Positions 9,694 to 20,253 of a DNA stretch of 64,000 nucleotides are shown one piece after another. The stretch is from NCBI GenBank assembly GCA_021771185.1, contig JAETPN010000001.1, forward strand, positions 107,008 to 171,007, written 5' to 3'. The stretch's first letter is position 1, and each line of letters opens with the position of its first letter. The position numbers and the translations under genes were made by a program. The stretch comes from Bacillota bacterium (GTDB lineage Bacteria > Bacillota_I > Bacilli_A > RF39 > UBA660). The notes under the pieces were generated by a model. That model was not told where the DNA came from and made no database searches. It worked only from the letters and a program-made list of their open reading frames with translations.

Positions 9694-10731
9694 TTACTTA
9701 ACACCTTCTTTTAAATTAGAAATAAATTCACTTGATACTATACTGTCTAGTTCATCCATTGAAATATATGTAACCTCATCTTGTGAAATGTTTTCTTTAA
9801 TTATATAAACTTCCTTAAAGTAAGTTAGATTACCGTTTATATCTTTTACTACAAAATGTTTTTTTAGATCTTTACTTGTTACAGTTACACCAAAATTCTT
9901 ACAAAGACGAATAGCCGTTTTATTTTTAGTTTCTTTCGTTGTAACTAAACTTTCAGGTAAATGATAACCATTATTTTTTACAACCATAACTTCATCTTTA
10001 TCATTAAGAATGCAAACATTAACACAACTGATATTACCACTGGTTTGAGATAAATCTTTTTTCTCAATGACTTCGCCAGTACTTTTACCATGATCATTTA
10101 ATAATTCATAATACTCTAGTCCTAAGTAATCACTTACAGGGCCAAAACTTTTACGGTATCCGTCAATTAATCCATACTCGTGAATAGCCTCAATATGTTT
10201 TTTCGTAGGATACCCCTTATGAGAAGCAAAGCCATACATAGGATATTTTTTATCTAATTCGATTAACATACGATCACGTGTTACTTTCGCAAGAACACTA
10301 GCAGCAGCAATACTAATACTTTTAGCGTCACCTTTAATAATTGAAGTATGAGGAATATCTAACTCTAATGGCATTGCATCTATTAATACATGTTCCAAAG
10401 GAATTTGTTCTCTGACCTTATTAATAGCTTCTATCATAGCCTCTTTCGTTGCTTGATAAATATTAATTTCATCAATACGTTCAGCACTAGAAGATCCAAT
10501 CGCATAAGCAACACAGTGATTGATAATGTAATCATAGTATTCTTCTCTTTTTTTCTCACTCAATTTTTTAGAATCGGTTAATCCTTCTAATTTAAAATCT
10601 TTCGGTAAAACACAACAAGCAGTAACTACTGGGCCAATCAAAGGTCCTCTTCCCACCTCATCAACACCACCAATATAAGTAATACCTTCTCTTTCTAACT
10701 CGTGTTCATATTGATATAAATCTGTTTTCAT
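9694..10731 (-). CDS. rnhB: Ribonuclease HII with C-terminal degenerate Nudix-like extension
   Basis: GVDEVGRGPLIGPV, DSKKL, IAAASVLAKVTRD, HKGYPT; about 140 extra C-terminal residues. Confidence 0.93.
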   Translation of the reverse strand: MKTDLYQYEHELEREGITYIGGVDEVGRGPLIGPVVTACCVLPKDFKLEGLTDSKKLSEKKREEYYDYIINHCVAYAIGSSSAERIDEINIYQATKEAMIEAINKVREQIPLEHVLIDAMPLELDIPHTSIIKGDAKSISIAAASVLAKVTRDRMLIELDKKYPMYGFASHKGYPTKKHIEAIHEYGLIDGYRKSFGPVSDYLGLEYYELLNDHGKSTGEVIEKKDLSQTSGNISCVNVCILNDKDEVMVVKNNGYHLPESLVTTKETKNKTAIRLCKNFGVTVTSKDLKKHFVVKDINGNLTYFKEVYIIKENISQDEVTYISMDELDSIVSSEFISNLKEGVK

Positions 10732-10796
10732 ACACATTCTTCTTTCTTTTTTTATTATACCAAATATTATAAATAAAAAGTAAACAAAAGTTTACT

Positions 10797-11375
10797 TTAA
10801 AGTTTTTCTATTTCTTCTTCTGTAAGTGAAGTGCTCTTGGAAATAAGTTCTAAAGAGAGTCCTTCTTCGTTTAAGATCATTCGATCATCTTCTTCATCAC
10901 TGGTCCATGGTGTAAACCAGGTCTCTTTTTTTACCTTCTCTACTTTCTCTTTAAACTCTTCCATGAACTCATCACCACCTGAAATTTCTCTTAACTTTTC
11001 TAATCCATAGGTTAAATCAATATGGATGAATGTTTCTAAGTTTAGATAATCTTCTCTTGTTTTCGTTTTCTTTGAATAAATCTCTGTGAAAAAGACAAAG
11101 TTTCGATTTCTTAAATAACTGTGATTCTAACTATTTAATTCGATATGAATATATTCCTCGTCCACTTTGACTAACGCATCAATCATCTTTTTCCTTTCTT
11201 TTTGATGTCTTACATTTTGTTCCGTTCCTAGTAATGTAATTTCATGAATCATTATGTCTAAGAGTTGTTCTAGAAAACCTTTTAACAAACTTAGATCATC
11301 TTCATCACACATGACCGCCTTAAATACTTTATCATTTTTTGCGGTATAAAATCTCTTTTTTTCTAGTAAAATCAT
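10797..11375 (-). pseudogene. Rpn / PD-(D/E)XK nuclease-family pseudogene
   Basis: TAKNDKVFKAVM, DALV...IHIELNS then in-frame TAG (11127-11129); frame continues RNRNFVFF...IDLTYGL...GLSLELISKSTSLTEEEIEKL; shorter than typical Rpn. Confidence 0.8.
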
Positions 11376-11457
11376 AAGTACCTCCTATTAGTATATACCC
11401 GGTCTTTTCCCTCTTTTCCTTCTTTTTTACAAAAAAAAAAGAAACTTTTTCGTTTCT

Positions 11458-13854
11458 TTATTTCACTACAATATTGACTAATTTTTTTGGAACAATAATG
11501 ACTTTTACAATTTCTTTTCCTGAAAGGTGTGCTTGAACATTATCAATTTCTTTCGCAAGACGTTCCATTTCTTCCTTTGATGTTTCCATTGGAACAGTCA
11601 TTTTTCCACGCACTTTACCATTCACTTGAACAACCATTTCATAAGTTGAATCAATTGTTTTTTCTTCTTCATATACTGGCCATGGCTCATAAGCAATCGT
11701 GTCATCATGTCCTAGAATTTGCCAAAGTTCTTCTCCTAAATGAGGAGTAATACAACTAAGCATTTTCACAAATCCTTCGGCATATTCTTTTGGACAATGA
11801 CCTACCTTATAACATTCATTTACAAAAATCATCATTGCACTAATTGCAGTATTAAATGATAATTCTTCAAAATCATTCGTTACTTTTTTTACCATAACAT
11901 GATAAGCTCTATCTAGTGTTCCATCATTATTTTCAGTAATATTTGATGCGGTGGTGAAGTAGCGCCATACACGGTCTATAAATCTACGTGCACCTTCAAC
12001 ACCACTATCGCTCCATGGTTTCGAAGCTTCAATTGGTCCCATAAACATTTCATAAAGTCTTAAGGTATCTGCCCCATATTCTTCAGCAATATCTTTTGGA
12101 TCAATCGCAAATTCTGGATATCGTTTTCCCATTTTAATTCCATTAGAACCTAAAATCATTCCTTGATGAACAAGTTTTTTAAATGGTTCTTTTACTGGAG
12201 ATAATCCTTTATCATATAAATAACGATTCCATATTCTAGAATACATCAAATGTCCTACAGCATGTTCTGGTCCACCCATATAAAGGTCTACTGGAAGCCA
12301 ATGACTAGCAAGTTTTGGATCACAGAACATTTCTTCATTCTCTGGATCAATATATCTAAAATAATACCAACTACTTCCAGCACTTCCTGGCATCGTTGAG
12401 GTTTCACGAATTCCTTCTTTCCCATCTTTTACATAGTGTTTCCACTCTTCTGCATTTTCAAGAGGAGCTTTTCCATGATGACCTTTATAGTCTTCAAGTT
12501 CTGGTAACACAAGTGGTAACGCTTGGTCTTCTAATAACTGATCTTCCCCATTTTCCATGTGAACAATTGGTACAGGTTCTCCCCAATATCTTTGACGAGC
12601 AAAAATCCACTCTCTAAATTTATAATTTACTTTTTGTTCTCCGCAATGATGTTCTTCTAACCAGGAAATCATTTTTTTAATGGCATCTTCTTTATTCATG
12701 CCATCTAAAAATTCTGAATTTATATGAATACCATCTTCTGTATAAGCTTCTTTCGTAACGTCTCCGCCTTTTAATACAGGAATAATCTCTATATTAAATT
12801 TACGTGCAAACTCATAGTCTCTCGTGTCATGTGCGGGAACAGCCATAATTGCACCAGTTCCATAACTAGCAAGAACATAATCACTAATATAAATTGGTAT
12901 TTTTTTATCATTTACTGGATTAATTGCATAAGCTCCAATAAAAACACCTGTTTTATCTTTGTTTAATTCCGTTCTTTCTAAATCACTTTTTGAAGCACAT
13001 GCTTTTTTATAAGCTTCGACTTCTTCTTTTTTATCTATGGTTGTAATTTGATCCACTAATTCATGTTCTGGAGCAAGTACACAATAAGTGGCCCCAAAAA
13101 GGGTATCTGGACGCGTGGTAAATACAGTGAAAACCTCATCATATCCATCTACATTAAACGTTACATGAGCACCTGTTGATTTACCAATCCAATTTCTCTG
13201 CATTTCTTTGGTTGACTCTGGCCAATCAATCTCATTTAATCCTTCTAATAATTTTTCTGCGAAAGCTGGTTGATCAATACATAACTGTTTCATTTTTTTT
13301 CGAATAACAGGATATCCACCACGTTCACTTTTTCCATCAATAACTTCATCATTCGATAAAACAGTTCCAAGTTCTTCACACCAATTGACTGGCATATCAA
13401 TGTATTTCGCATAGCCATCTTGATACAAATTTTTGAATATCCACTGTGTCCATTTATAAAATTTAGGATCACTCGTCGCAATCATTTTTGTCCAATCATA
13501 ATCAAATCCTAAGGTATTTAATTGTTCACTAAAATACGCAATATTTTTTTCTGTGAATCCATTGGGATGATTTCCAGTTTGAACCGCATATTGTTCTGCA
13601 GGTAAACCAAAAGAATCATAACCCATAGGATGTAATACATTATATCCTTGCATTCTTTTCATTCTAGATACAATATCCGTTGCGGTATAACCTTCTACAT
13701 GACCTGCATGAAGTCCTACTCCACTAGGATATGGAAACATATCTAAAACATAATATTTGGGTTTTGAAAAATCCCACACATCCGTATGAAATGTATGATG
13801 TTCTTTCCAATATTCTTGCCACTTTTTCTCTATTTTTGATGGTTCATAATTCAT
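11458..13854 (-). CDS. leuS: Leucine--tRNA ligase
   Basis: [21 protein letters not shown]1 editing domain [16 protein letters not shown] variant of KMSKS. Confidence 0.98.
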   Translation of the reverse strand: MNYEPSKIEKKWQEYWKEHHTFHTDVWDFSKPKYYVLDMFPYPSGVGLHAGHVEGYTATDIVSRMKRMQGYNVLHPMGYDSFGLPAEQYAVQTGNHPNGFTEKNIAYFSEQLNTLGFDYDWTKMIATSDPKFYKWTQWIFKNLYQDGYAKYIDMPVNWCEELGTVLSNDEVIDGKSERGGYPVIRKKMKQLCIDQPAFAEKLLEGLNEIDWPESTKEMQRNWIGKSTGAHVTFNVDGYDEVFTVFTTRPDTLFGATYCVLAPEHELVDQITTIDKKEEVEAYKKACASKSDLERTELNKDKTGVFIGAYAINPVNDKKIPIYISDYVLASYGTGAIMAVPAHDTRDYEFARKFNIEIIPVLKGGDVTKEAYTEDGIHINSEFLDGMNKEDAIKKMISWLEEHHCGEQKVNYKFREWIFARQRYWGEPVPIVHMENGEDQLLEDQALPLVLPELEDYKGHHGKAPLENAEEWKHYVKDGKEGIRETSTMPGSAGSSWYYFRYIDPENEEMFCDPKLASHWLPVDLYMGGPEHAVGHLMYSRIWNRYLYDKGLSPVKEPFKKLVHQGMILGSNGIKMGKRYPEFAIDPKDIAEEYGADTLRLYEMFMGPIEASKPWSDSGVEGARRFIDRVWRYFTTASNITENNDGTLDRAYHVMVKKVTNDFEELSFNTAISAMMIFVNECYKVGHCPKEYAEGFVKMLSCITPHLGEELWQILGHDDTIAYEPWPVYEEEKTIDSTYEMVVQVNGKVRGKMTVPMETSKEEMERLAKEIDNVQAHLSGKEIVKVIIVPKKLVNIVVK

Positions 13855-14210
13855 TTTTCTTCCTCCTTATATTTTTTTTGATAAATTGTTCCTAAAATAT
13901 GGTAACAAATTAAAATTAAAATCATTAATACAATCAAGCCTAAAGTAAATTTTAAAATCCATGTTTTTACGACACTAATAATTAGTGTTGTAGAAGACAT
14001 AATAAAGGCATTTGTTAAAGCTAAGTGATTCGCCAATGTTTTCATTGGAATCTTTTTAACATCAATATGATATCTTTTTTTTAAATACATACATTCTGTA
14101 CTTAATACCAGTTTTTCCCTTTTATTTTTCTTTGAAATAACCACAAGATAGTATATGAAATAAACTAAGATAAAACAAAATAGAAATAAAAGAAATTCAA
14201 ACATACTCAT
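13851..14210 (-). CDS. Small membrane protein co-transcribed with leuS
   Basis: Three hydrophobic segments; GAGGGAG RBS; stop overlaps the leuS start. Confidence 0.75.
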   Translation of the reverse strand: MSMFEFLLFLFCFILVYFIYYLVVISKKNKREKLVLSTECMYLKKRYHIDVKKIPMKTLANHLALTNAFIMSSTTLIISVVKTWILKFTLGLIVLMILILICYHILGTIYQKKYKEEEK

Positions 14211-14232
14211 CTCTCCCTCTAAATAAACACGC

Positions 14233-14432
14233 AAAAAAGCCTTACGTTGTAAGGACCCTTTGTGGGTGGTACCACCTTACTTCATAAGACTTTATGCACT
14301 TAAATCCGTAACGTGGACATTCGGCCCATGGGCAACTAGAAAAGCAAGTTCACTAGATTCTATCTGAAGTTTTCATCTACCACTTCTTTTCTAAACATAG
14401 AATCACTAATTACTACTCTTTTCATCCGTTTT
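14233..14432 (-). promoter_or_regulatory. T-box riboswitch (Leu specifier)
   Basis: AAGGTGGTACCAC T-box, AGTA stem I motifs, GAA-CTT specifier loop, terminator CCTTAC/GTAAGG + U-tract, upstream of leuS. Confidence 0.9.
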
Positions 14433-14564
14433 TCAATATTAACATTATATTACACTTCGTTCATATATTCAAGTGTCTTTGTTAAATTTTTCATGAATAT
14501 TATGGTTTCATCATAACATTCACGGATGATTCTATACTTTATTCGTTCTTCTATATAAAAATTA

Positions 14565-15035
14565 TTAAGACATTTTTATTTTGTAAATTTGCTCAATCTC
14601 GTTTTCAATGGTATTACTGATCGCGTTTTTATAATTTTCTAATCCACCCATGATTATTTTTCGTACACTTTCATTTCCCATTTCTAAGAAAGATGCGATT
14701 CCATTAATACTATAATTTTTTCCATTTACTAAGCCTAAATGAAGGGCCATAATAAAATACTCTGTCATAGGCATTAAACGAATCGTTTCTAACATGAGTG
14801 GATCCCCGAATGATTTTGAATGATGAAAAACATTGGATGTATATTTAATCATCTCTGTTGGTAAATTGGTTTGGGGTTGTGTTACCTTTGTCTCTACCGC
14901 AGGTTGATTTTTAGGAACTCCACTTAATTCCTCCACTGGTTTTACTACTTTTTCTACATTTTTTGGTACTGCATGTACGGGTGTTGCTGTTTTTGCAACT
15001 TGTACCGTTTTATTATTTACTGGTTCTTCTGCCAT
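14565..15035 (-). CDS. Hypothetical protein with sigma-70 region 4-like HTH
   Basis: IMALHLGLVNGKNYSINGIASFLEMGNESVRKI resembles region 4; low-complexity N-terminus. Confidence 0.6.
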   Translation of the reverse strand: MAEEPVNNKTVQVAKTATPVHAVPKNVEKVVKPVEELSGVPKNQPAVETKVTQPQTNLPTEMIKYTSNVFHHSKSFGDPLMLETIRLMPMTEYFIMALHLGLVNGKNYSINGIASFLEMGNESVRKIIMGGLENYKNAISNTIENEIEQIYKIKMS

Positions 15036-15124
15036 TTCAATTCCTCTTTTCTATTTCTCTATCACCTATTTTTTCCATTATTTTTCTTTTTATACTCTAT
15101 TTTATAAAAAAAACAGATATATTC

Positions 15125-17536
15125 TTATACCTGTTCTACATATTCTAATAATTTTTTAAATAAACGAATATATTTTCGTTCCAATCCTTTTCGCTTCAAT
15201 TTCGTAAGTTCTACTTTTTTCTTTTTAATTTCTAACGAACCAAATAAAATCGCATCAATATCTTCTTTTAATGTGGTTTCAATTTGAAGATCATTAATAA
15301 TTGACGCAATATCTTCGTTAATTAAACGAACCGCATCGATTTCGATATCTTTTCCTTTACAGTTAATTGTTAATTGGCCAATGGTTGGAACTTCCTTCAC
15401 TTCAACGATAAAGTCTGGACCATCGATATAACTGGTTGATTCTAGTTTTCCATCATTAAAGAACACAACCACGTCCTGCGCTTTTTTAGTATTACGAAAA
15501 CGTATTTTATAATTACGAGTATCTGGAACAATTCCACTTTTTCCTTCTAGTGCTCGAATAATAACTGTATAGTTATTTGGTAAATAATTATAATCAATAG
15601 CTGTTGTTAAAGAAAATCCCTTACGATAAAGATCACTTACACCATCATCTTCATATAATTTATATGTATTACTTTTTCCTGGGAAAATTTGAATTTCCAT
15701 ATCCTTTGGTGGTGTGGTATCATTTAATATTTTGTGATTTCCTAAAGGAAGAATAGAACCAGCTTTAGCAAATACTGGATAATCTTGATCGCGAAAGAAA
15801 GAAACATATTTTCTTCCACCTGGGAATTTTTTACCAGTAACGATGTCATACCAAATACCATCGGGTAAGAAGAAGTAGTGAATCACACGATTCATTAAAG
15901 GTTCATTTTTAGAAATAATTGGAGCAACAAACATTTCTGTTCCAAAGTAATATTCATTACGATATTTTGGATCATCATATAATTCTGGGAACTTATAATA
16001 AATGGGTTGAACGAGTGGCATTCCATATTTATAATATTTATAACTTTCCGCATATAAATAAGGGATCATACGATGACGTAATTGTAGATAATCACGTGCA
16101 ATATTTAATGTTTTTACATCCCATTTCCAAGGTTCTCTTTTATAATACTTTCCACGTTCAGTACCAAATTTTACAATAGGTGAAAATACAGCAAGTTCTA
16201 AAAAGCGAATATAAAGTTCACTATCCTCTATCCCCTTATAGTATCCTCCAATATCATGAGCACAGAAACTCACACCCATATTAGATGCACTCGCATTATA
16301 AAAGGGAATCATTTTTAACGTGTTCCAACTAACAATTGTTTTTCCTGAATATAATATAGGATAACGATGTGGTGCGATGCCTGCATTACGTGCAAGTACC
16401 ATAGGACGACGTTGATAATCTCTTTTCATATCATAATAATGATAATGTTCTAAAGACCATAAATCAAGATGTCTTTTTTTATCTTCTATATCCATCCAAA
16501 AGAAATCAACACCTGTTAAATCTAGGGGATGAATCAAAAGTTTTAAATAAGCATCCACCCATTTTGGATCCATCACATGAAATGGAATAATTCCTTGATC
16601 ATTGGTAGCTAAATATTTTTTTAATTCTTCAAAACGTTCTTCATAAGGGTAAATACCTTCTAAAGGATTCACACTTAATCCTAGGCGAATTCCTTTAGAA
16701 TGTAAGTAGTTAATCATATCTTTTGGTGAGTGAAACAAATTTTTATTCCATGTAAATCCCGTATCAAATTTTTTCCCATCTTTCATCTGTCTTACATGCC
16801 AATCACGATTTAAGGCAAGAACAGATAATGGAATTTCTTCTCTTTCAAAAGTATCAACTAAATTTTTTAAATCTAGATCCTGATAAGGAACATTACGACT
16901 CCACCAATTTCCTAAAGCATATCTAGGTATTAAAGAAGGATAACCTGTTACCATGTAATAGTCTTTTAAACAAGCCGCAAAATCTTTTAAATACATAAAT
17001 AAATAAAGATCGATACCCTCGTGTTCCCTAGACTCTAAATTACCTAACGCTGTAAACAAACGACTTTTAGAGTCATCAATGGATGCAAAACCATCAACAG
17101 AATAAAGTCCTTTCGACAAATTCAACTTCCCATCACTATCATCTAAGGAAAAATTAGGGGCACCATAATTTCGTACTTCTGGGTGTCCGTAATACCAAAT
17201 ACGATCTGTGTTTAAAAGTTCTACCTTTAAATGGCCCATCGTATTTACTTTTCCACCAGCAAATGGCTGATTTTTCATATAAGTTAATTTAAAATATTTT
17301 GTTTTTATTTCTAAATAACGATGGTCTTCTCGTACAGAAAATTCTGGAGCTTCAAAATTACGATACCATATCAATTCTGTTGGTGCATCCACAAAATGAC
17401 CTTCTGGTTGATATTCTAAACGAACTAAACGTTCTGTTAATACAGTAATACGATACTTTTCACCTGTAAACACACATTTTGGATTCGCTTTTGAGGCTGT
17501 TAAATCCATGTTAAATTGTTCACCCAAATTATACAT
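15125..17536 (-). CDS. Glycoside hydrolase family 31 protein with C-terminal DUF5110-like domain
   Basis: RITVLTERLVRLEY, PRYALGNWWSR, VDFFWMD, HDIGG, LRHRMIPYLY, LYEDDG. Confidence 0.9.
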   Translation of the reverse strand: MYNLGEQFNMDLTASKANPKCVFTGEKYRITVLTERLVRLEYQPEGHFVDAPTELIWYRNFEAPEFSVREDHRYLEIKTKYFKLTYMKNQPFAGGKVNTMGHLKVELLNTDRIWYYGHPEVRNYGAPNFSLDDSDGKLNLSKGLYSVDGFASIDDSKSRLFTALGNLESREHEGIDLYLFMYLKDFAACLKDYYMVTGYPSLIPRYALGNWWSRNVPYQDLDLKNLVDTFEREEIPLSVLALNRDWHVRQMKDGKKFDTGFTWNKNLFHSPKDMINYLHSKGIRLGLSVNPLEGIYPYEERFEELKKYLATNDQGIIPFHVMDPKWVDAYLKLLIHPLDLTGVDFFWMDIEDKKRHLDLWSLEHYHYYDMKRDYQRRPMVLARNAGIAPHRYPILYSGKTIVSWNTLKMIPFYNASASNMGVSFCAHDIGGYYKGIEDSELYIRFLELAVFSPIVKFGTERGKYYKREPWKWDVKTLNIARDYLQLRHRMIPYLYAESYKYYKYGMPLVQPIYYKFPELYDDPKYRNEYYFGTEMFVAPIISKNEPLMNRVIHYFFLPDGIWYDIVTGKKFPGGRKYVSFFRDQDYPVFAKAGSILPLGNHKILNDTTPPKDMEIQIFPGKSNTYKLYEDDGVSDLYRKGFSLTTAIDYNYLPNNYTVIIRALEGKSGIVPDTRNYKIRFRNTKKAQDVVVFFNDGKLESTSYIDGPDFIVEVKEVPTIGQLTINCKGKDIEIDAVRLINEDIASIINDLQIETTLKEDIDAILFGSLEIKKKKVELTKLKRKGLERKYIRLFKKLLEYVEQV

Positions 17537-17622
17537 TGTATCACCCTATCTATTCTTATTCTTCTTTTATTATACATGTTTTTATACAAGAAAAAAAGAG
17601 TGAATGTTAAATTTTTCCTCTT

Positions 17623-17850
17623 TTATTCACTCTCTTTCGATTCATTCATACGATTTAAATGATCTTCATAAAATATTTTGTCTGGTTTTGCGCGAAAAAT
17701 TCTTGCGATACGAACAGCCATATCATAAGATAATCTACGCGTCCCCGTTTCAATCTGACAATAAAATGGTTTACTAATTCCCAACTTTTCTGCCATATAT
17801 CCTGTTGTATAATGACGTTTCAAACGCATAGTTCTAAGTTTTAAATACAT
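17623..17850 (-). CDS. XRE-family HTH regulator (Cro-like)
   Basis: MAEKLGISKPFYCQIETGTRR HTH. Confidence 0.88.
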   Translation of the reverse strand: MYLKLRTMRLKRHYTTGYMAEKLGISKPFYCQIETGTRRLSYDMAVRIARIFRAKPDKIFYEDHLNRMNESKESE

Positions 17851-17994
17851 CTTACATCTTCCTTCTTCATAAATTTCTTTATTATAGACATTATACCACA
17901 AAGTACACGCTTAGTATACTGTTTTCCTTTATTTTTTATGAGAAAATGAAATTACATTGATGGAAATTTTTACCAGGAGATAGGAAGTGGAAAA

Positions 17995-18234
17995 ATGATT
18001 GAAAATAAGCAAGCTAGTTTTGAATATGATATTATGCGAAAAAATATTAAGTATTATCGAAAAAAATTAGGTTATACTCAAGAGCAGTTAGCAGAATTAA
18101 GTGATCTTAGTGTCTCTTATATTAAGCAAATAGAATCCAAAAAAGAATTCAAGAATGTCTCTTTAACTACTTTATTAAAATTATCAAAAACGTTAGAAAT
18201 TTCCATTCATGATTTATTTAAAAATCAACAATAA
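17995..18234 (+). CDS. XRE-family HTH regulator
   Basis: YRKKLGYTQEQLAELSDLSVSYIKQIES HTH. Confidence 0.88.
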   Translation: MIENKQASFEYDIMRKNIKYYRKKLGYTQEQLAELSDLSVSYIKQIESKKEFKNVSLTTLLKLSKTLEISIHDLFKNQQ

Positions 18235-18259
18235 AAACAACTTTGTTCCTAAAGTTGTT

Positions 18260-18658
18260 TTATTGTACTGTTTTTTGACAAGATAAATTTGATAATAACC
18301 CTACTTTACCATCTTTAATTAAATGACTGCTTACATCATAAGTCACTTGAATCGCATTTGTTTTTAAATCCATATTTTTTCCAGTATCTAAATTTTTAAT
18401 AGGTTCTTTTAAATTACCTTCATTTACTAATACCTCTAAAGTAATACAAAATGTTGTATCCTCTTTATAAGCCTGTAAATTAACATTTCCATCTAAATAA
18501 AGTTCAGCAGCATTCACCATCGTATCATTCGCTGCCCAGGTAACGTCTCCTTTTGATTTTGTGATTTGACTCATAATAGAAGGAAGCGCAATAATAGCAA
18601 TCAATGCGATTAACGCAATTACTGCTAAAAGTTCAATCAGTGTAAATCCACGTTTCAT
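18260..18658 (-). CDS. Type IV pilin-like protein
   Basis: MKRG/FTLIELLAVI prepilin cleavage/methylation motif. Confidence 0.9.
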   Translation of the reverse strand: MKRGFTLIELLAVIALIALIAIIALPSIMSQITKSKGDVTWAANDTMVNAAELYLDGNVNLQAYKEDTTFCITLEVLVNEGNLKEPIKNLDTGKNMDLKTNAIQVTYDVSSHLIKDGKVGLLSNLSCQKTVQ

Positions 18659-18749
18659 ATCATCACCTATTTTATTATAACGATTTTATAAAGAGTTGTA
18701 AACCCTACCAATCATTTCCCTTTTGATAACAAAAAAAAGAAGATAAAAC

Positions 18750-19466
18750 TTAGATGTTTACATTATGGTATACATGTTGAACATCTTCAATATCTTCTAA
18801 CATGGTAATTAGTTTATTAAAAGTTTCCAAATCTTCTCCAGCAAGCGTTACTTTTTCTTTTGGTAACCATTCAATCTCATCCATTTCAAACTCAACATTT
18901 GGTAAAGTTTTACTAATCGCATTTTTAATATCAAATAAATCTTTTGGATCACCATAAATAACAGTAAGCCCATTATTTTCTTCAATATCATCTGCGTCAA
19001 GGTCTTCCATAATTAAGGCTTCTAAGGTTTCTTCCTCATTTAAGCCTTTAAAACCTACAATACATAAATGGTCATATAAATAATTTACACTACCAATCGC
19101 ACCCATTTTCACATGACATTTGTTTAACACAGCACGAATACTACTTACACTTCGATTTACATTATCTGTTAAGCATTCAACAATTACTGTAGAACCCGAT
19201 GGTCCAAATAACTCATACGTTGTTTCTGAATAACTTTCATCCGCACCACTATTTACTTTATCAATCGCACGCTTGATAATATCTCCTGGCACTTGTTCCT
19301 TTTTTGCACGATCTACTAATCTTTTTAATGTTGCATTACTTTCTAATTCAACTCCACCATTTTTTGCAGCTTGATAAATTTCTCTAGCATACATCGAGTA
19401 CAATTTAGATTTTGCTGCACCTGTTTTTTGGATACTTGCTTTTCTAACTTCATATGCTCTTCCCAT
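18750..19466 (-). CDS. YebC/PmpR family protein
   Basis: MGRAYEVRK, ECLTDNVNRS, EDIEDVQHVYHN. Confidence 0.93.
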   Translation of the reverse strand: MGRAYEVRKASIQKTGAAKSKLYSMYAREIYQAAKNGGVELESNATLKRLVDRAKKEQVPGDIIKRAIDKVNSGADESYSETTYELFGPSGSTVIVECLTDNVNRSVSSIRAVLNKCHVKMGAIGSVNYLYDHLCIVGFKGLNEEETLEALIMEDLDADDIEENNGLTVIYGDPKDLFDIKNAISKTLPNVEFEMDEIEWLPKEKVTLAGEDLETFNKLITMLEDIEDVQHVYHNVNI

Positions 19467-19583
19467 ATTTTCATCCCTTTCGCATTATTATTTTACTGTA
19501 TTTTTTTCACTTTGACAATCATTTATGTCTGTTTTTAAATATCTAAGTCATTTTTTTGTTTATTTCATTAATATAAGATGATA

Positions 19584-20249
19584 TTAAATTTCACCAACAC
19601 TCTTGTTAATGGCATCACGTGCAGCTTCTTGTTCTGCTTCCTTTTTACTATGGGCTGTTCCCTTACCATAAACTACATTGTTAATTTTAACAACGACAGT
19701 AAATATTTTATTGTGTGCTGGTCCTTCTTCTGTAATTAACTCATATTCTAAACTTTTTTTATCGGTTTGAACAAGTTCTTGTAACTTTGATTTATAATCA
19801 TCGAAAAAATCTAGTTTTTTATTTTCAATAATTGGAATAACGTGTTTATAAATAAAGCTTTTAACATAGTCCATTCCTTGATCTAAGTACATTGCCCCTA
19901 ACATAGATTCAAAGATATCCGCAACAATGGTTTTACGAAATCTTCCCCCACTATCTTCCTCGCCTTTACCTAGACGAAGTGCTTCATGATAACCTAATCT
20001 AAGTGAATATTCATATAAGGCATTTTCACAAACATAGTGAGATCTAAGTTTTGTCATTCTACCTTCCACTTCATTGGTATGCTTATACAAATATTCACTC
20101 ATAATAAGTTCTAAAACAGCATCCCCTAAATATTCTAAGCGTTCATAACTTTCTACATGATGTTCATTCGCATAAGAAGTATGAGTAAGTGCTGTTTCAT
20201 ATAATTCTTTTTGATCTGTTTGAATCCCTAACTTATCTAATAATTCCAT
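19584..20249 (-). CDS. rnc: Ribonuclease III
   Basis: ERLEYLGDAVL signature; dsRBD GPAHNK...SKKEAEQ. Confidence 0.97.
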   Translation of the reverse strand: MELLDKLGIQTDQKELYETALTHTSYANEHHVESYERLEYLGDAVLELIMSEYLYKHTNEVEGRMTKLRSHYVCENALYEYSLRLGYHEALRLGKGEEDSGGRFRKTIVADIFESMLGAMYLDQGMDYVKSFIYKHVIPIIENKKLDFFDDYKSKLQELVQTDKKSLEYELITEEGPAHNKIFTVVVKINNVVYGKGTAHSKKEAEQEAARDAINKSVGEI

Positions 20250-20253
20250 AACT

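Noticed and set aside
11127-11129. Programmed TAG readthrough (pyrrolysine or recoding)
   Set aside because: Other genes end normally in TAG and the gene also appears internally deleted, so pseudogenisation is simpler
17623-18658. Prophage at either XRE pair
   Set aside because: No integrase, terminase or structural genes nearby; flanked by housekeeping or surface genes
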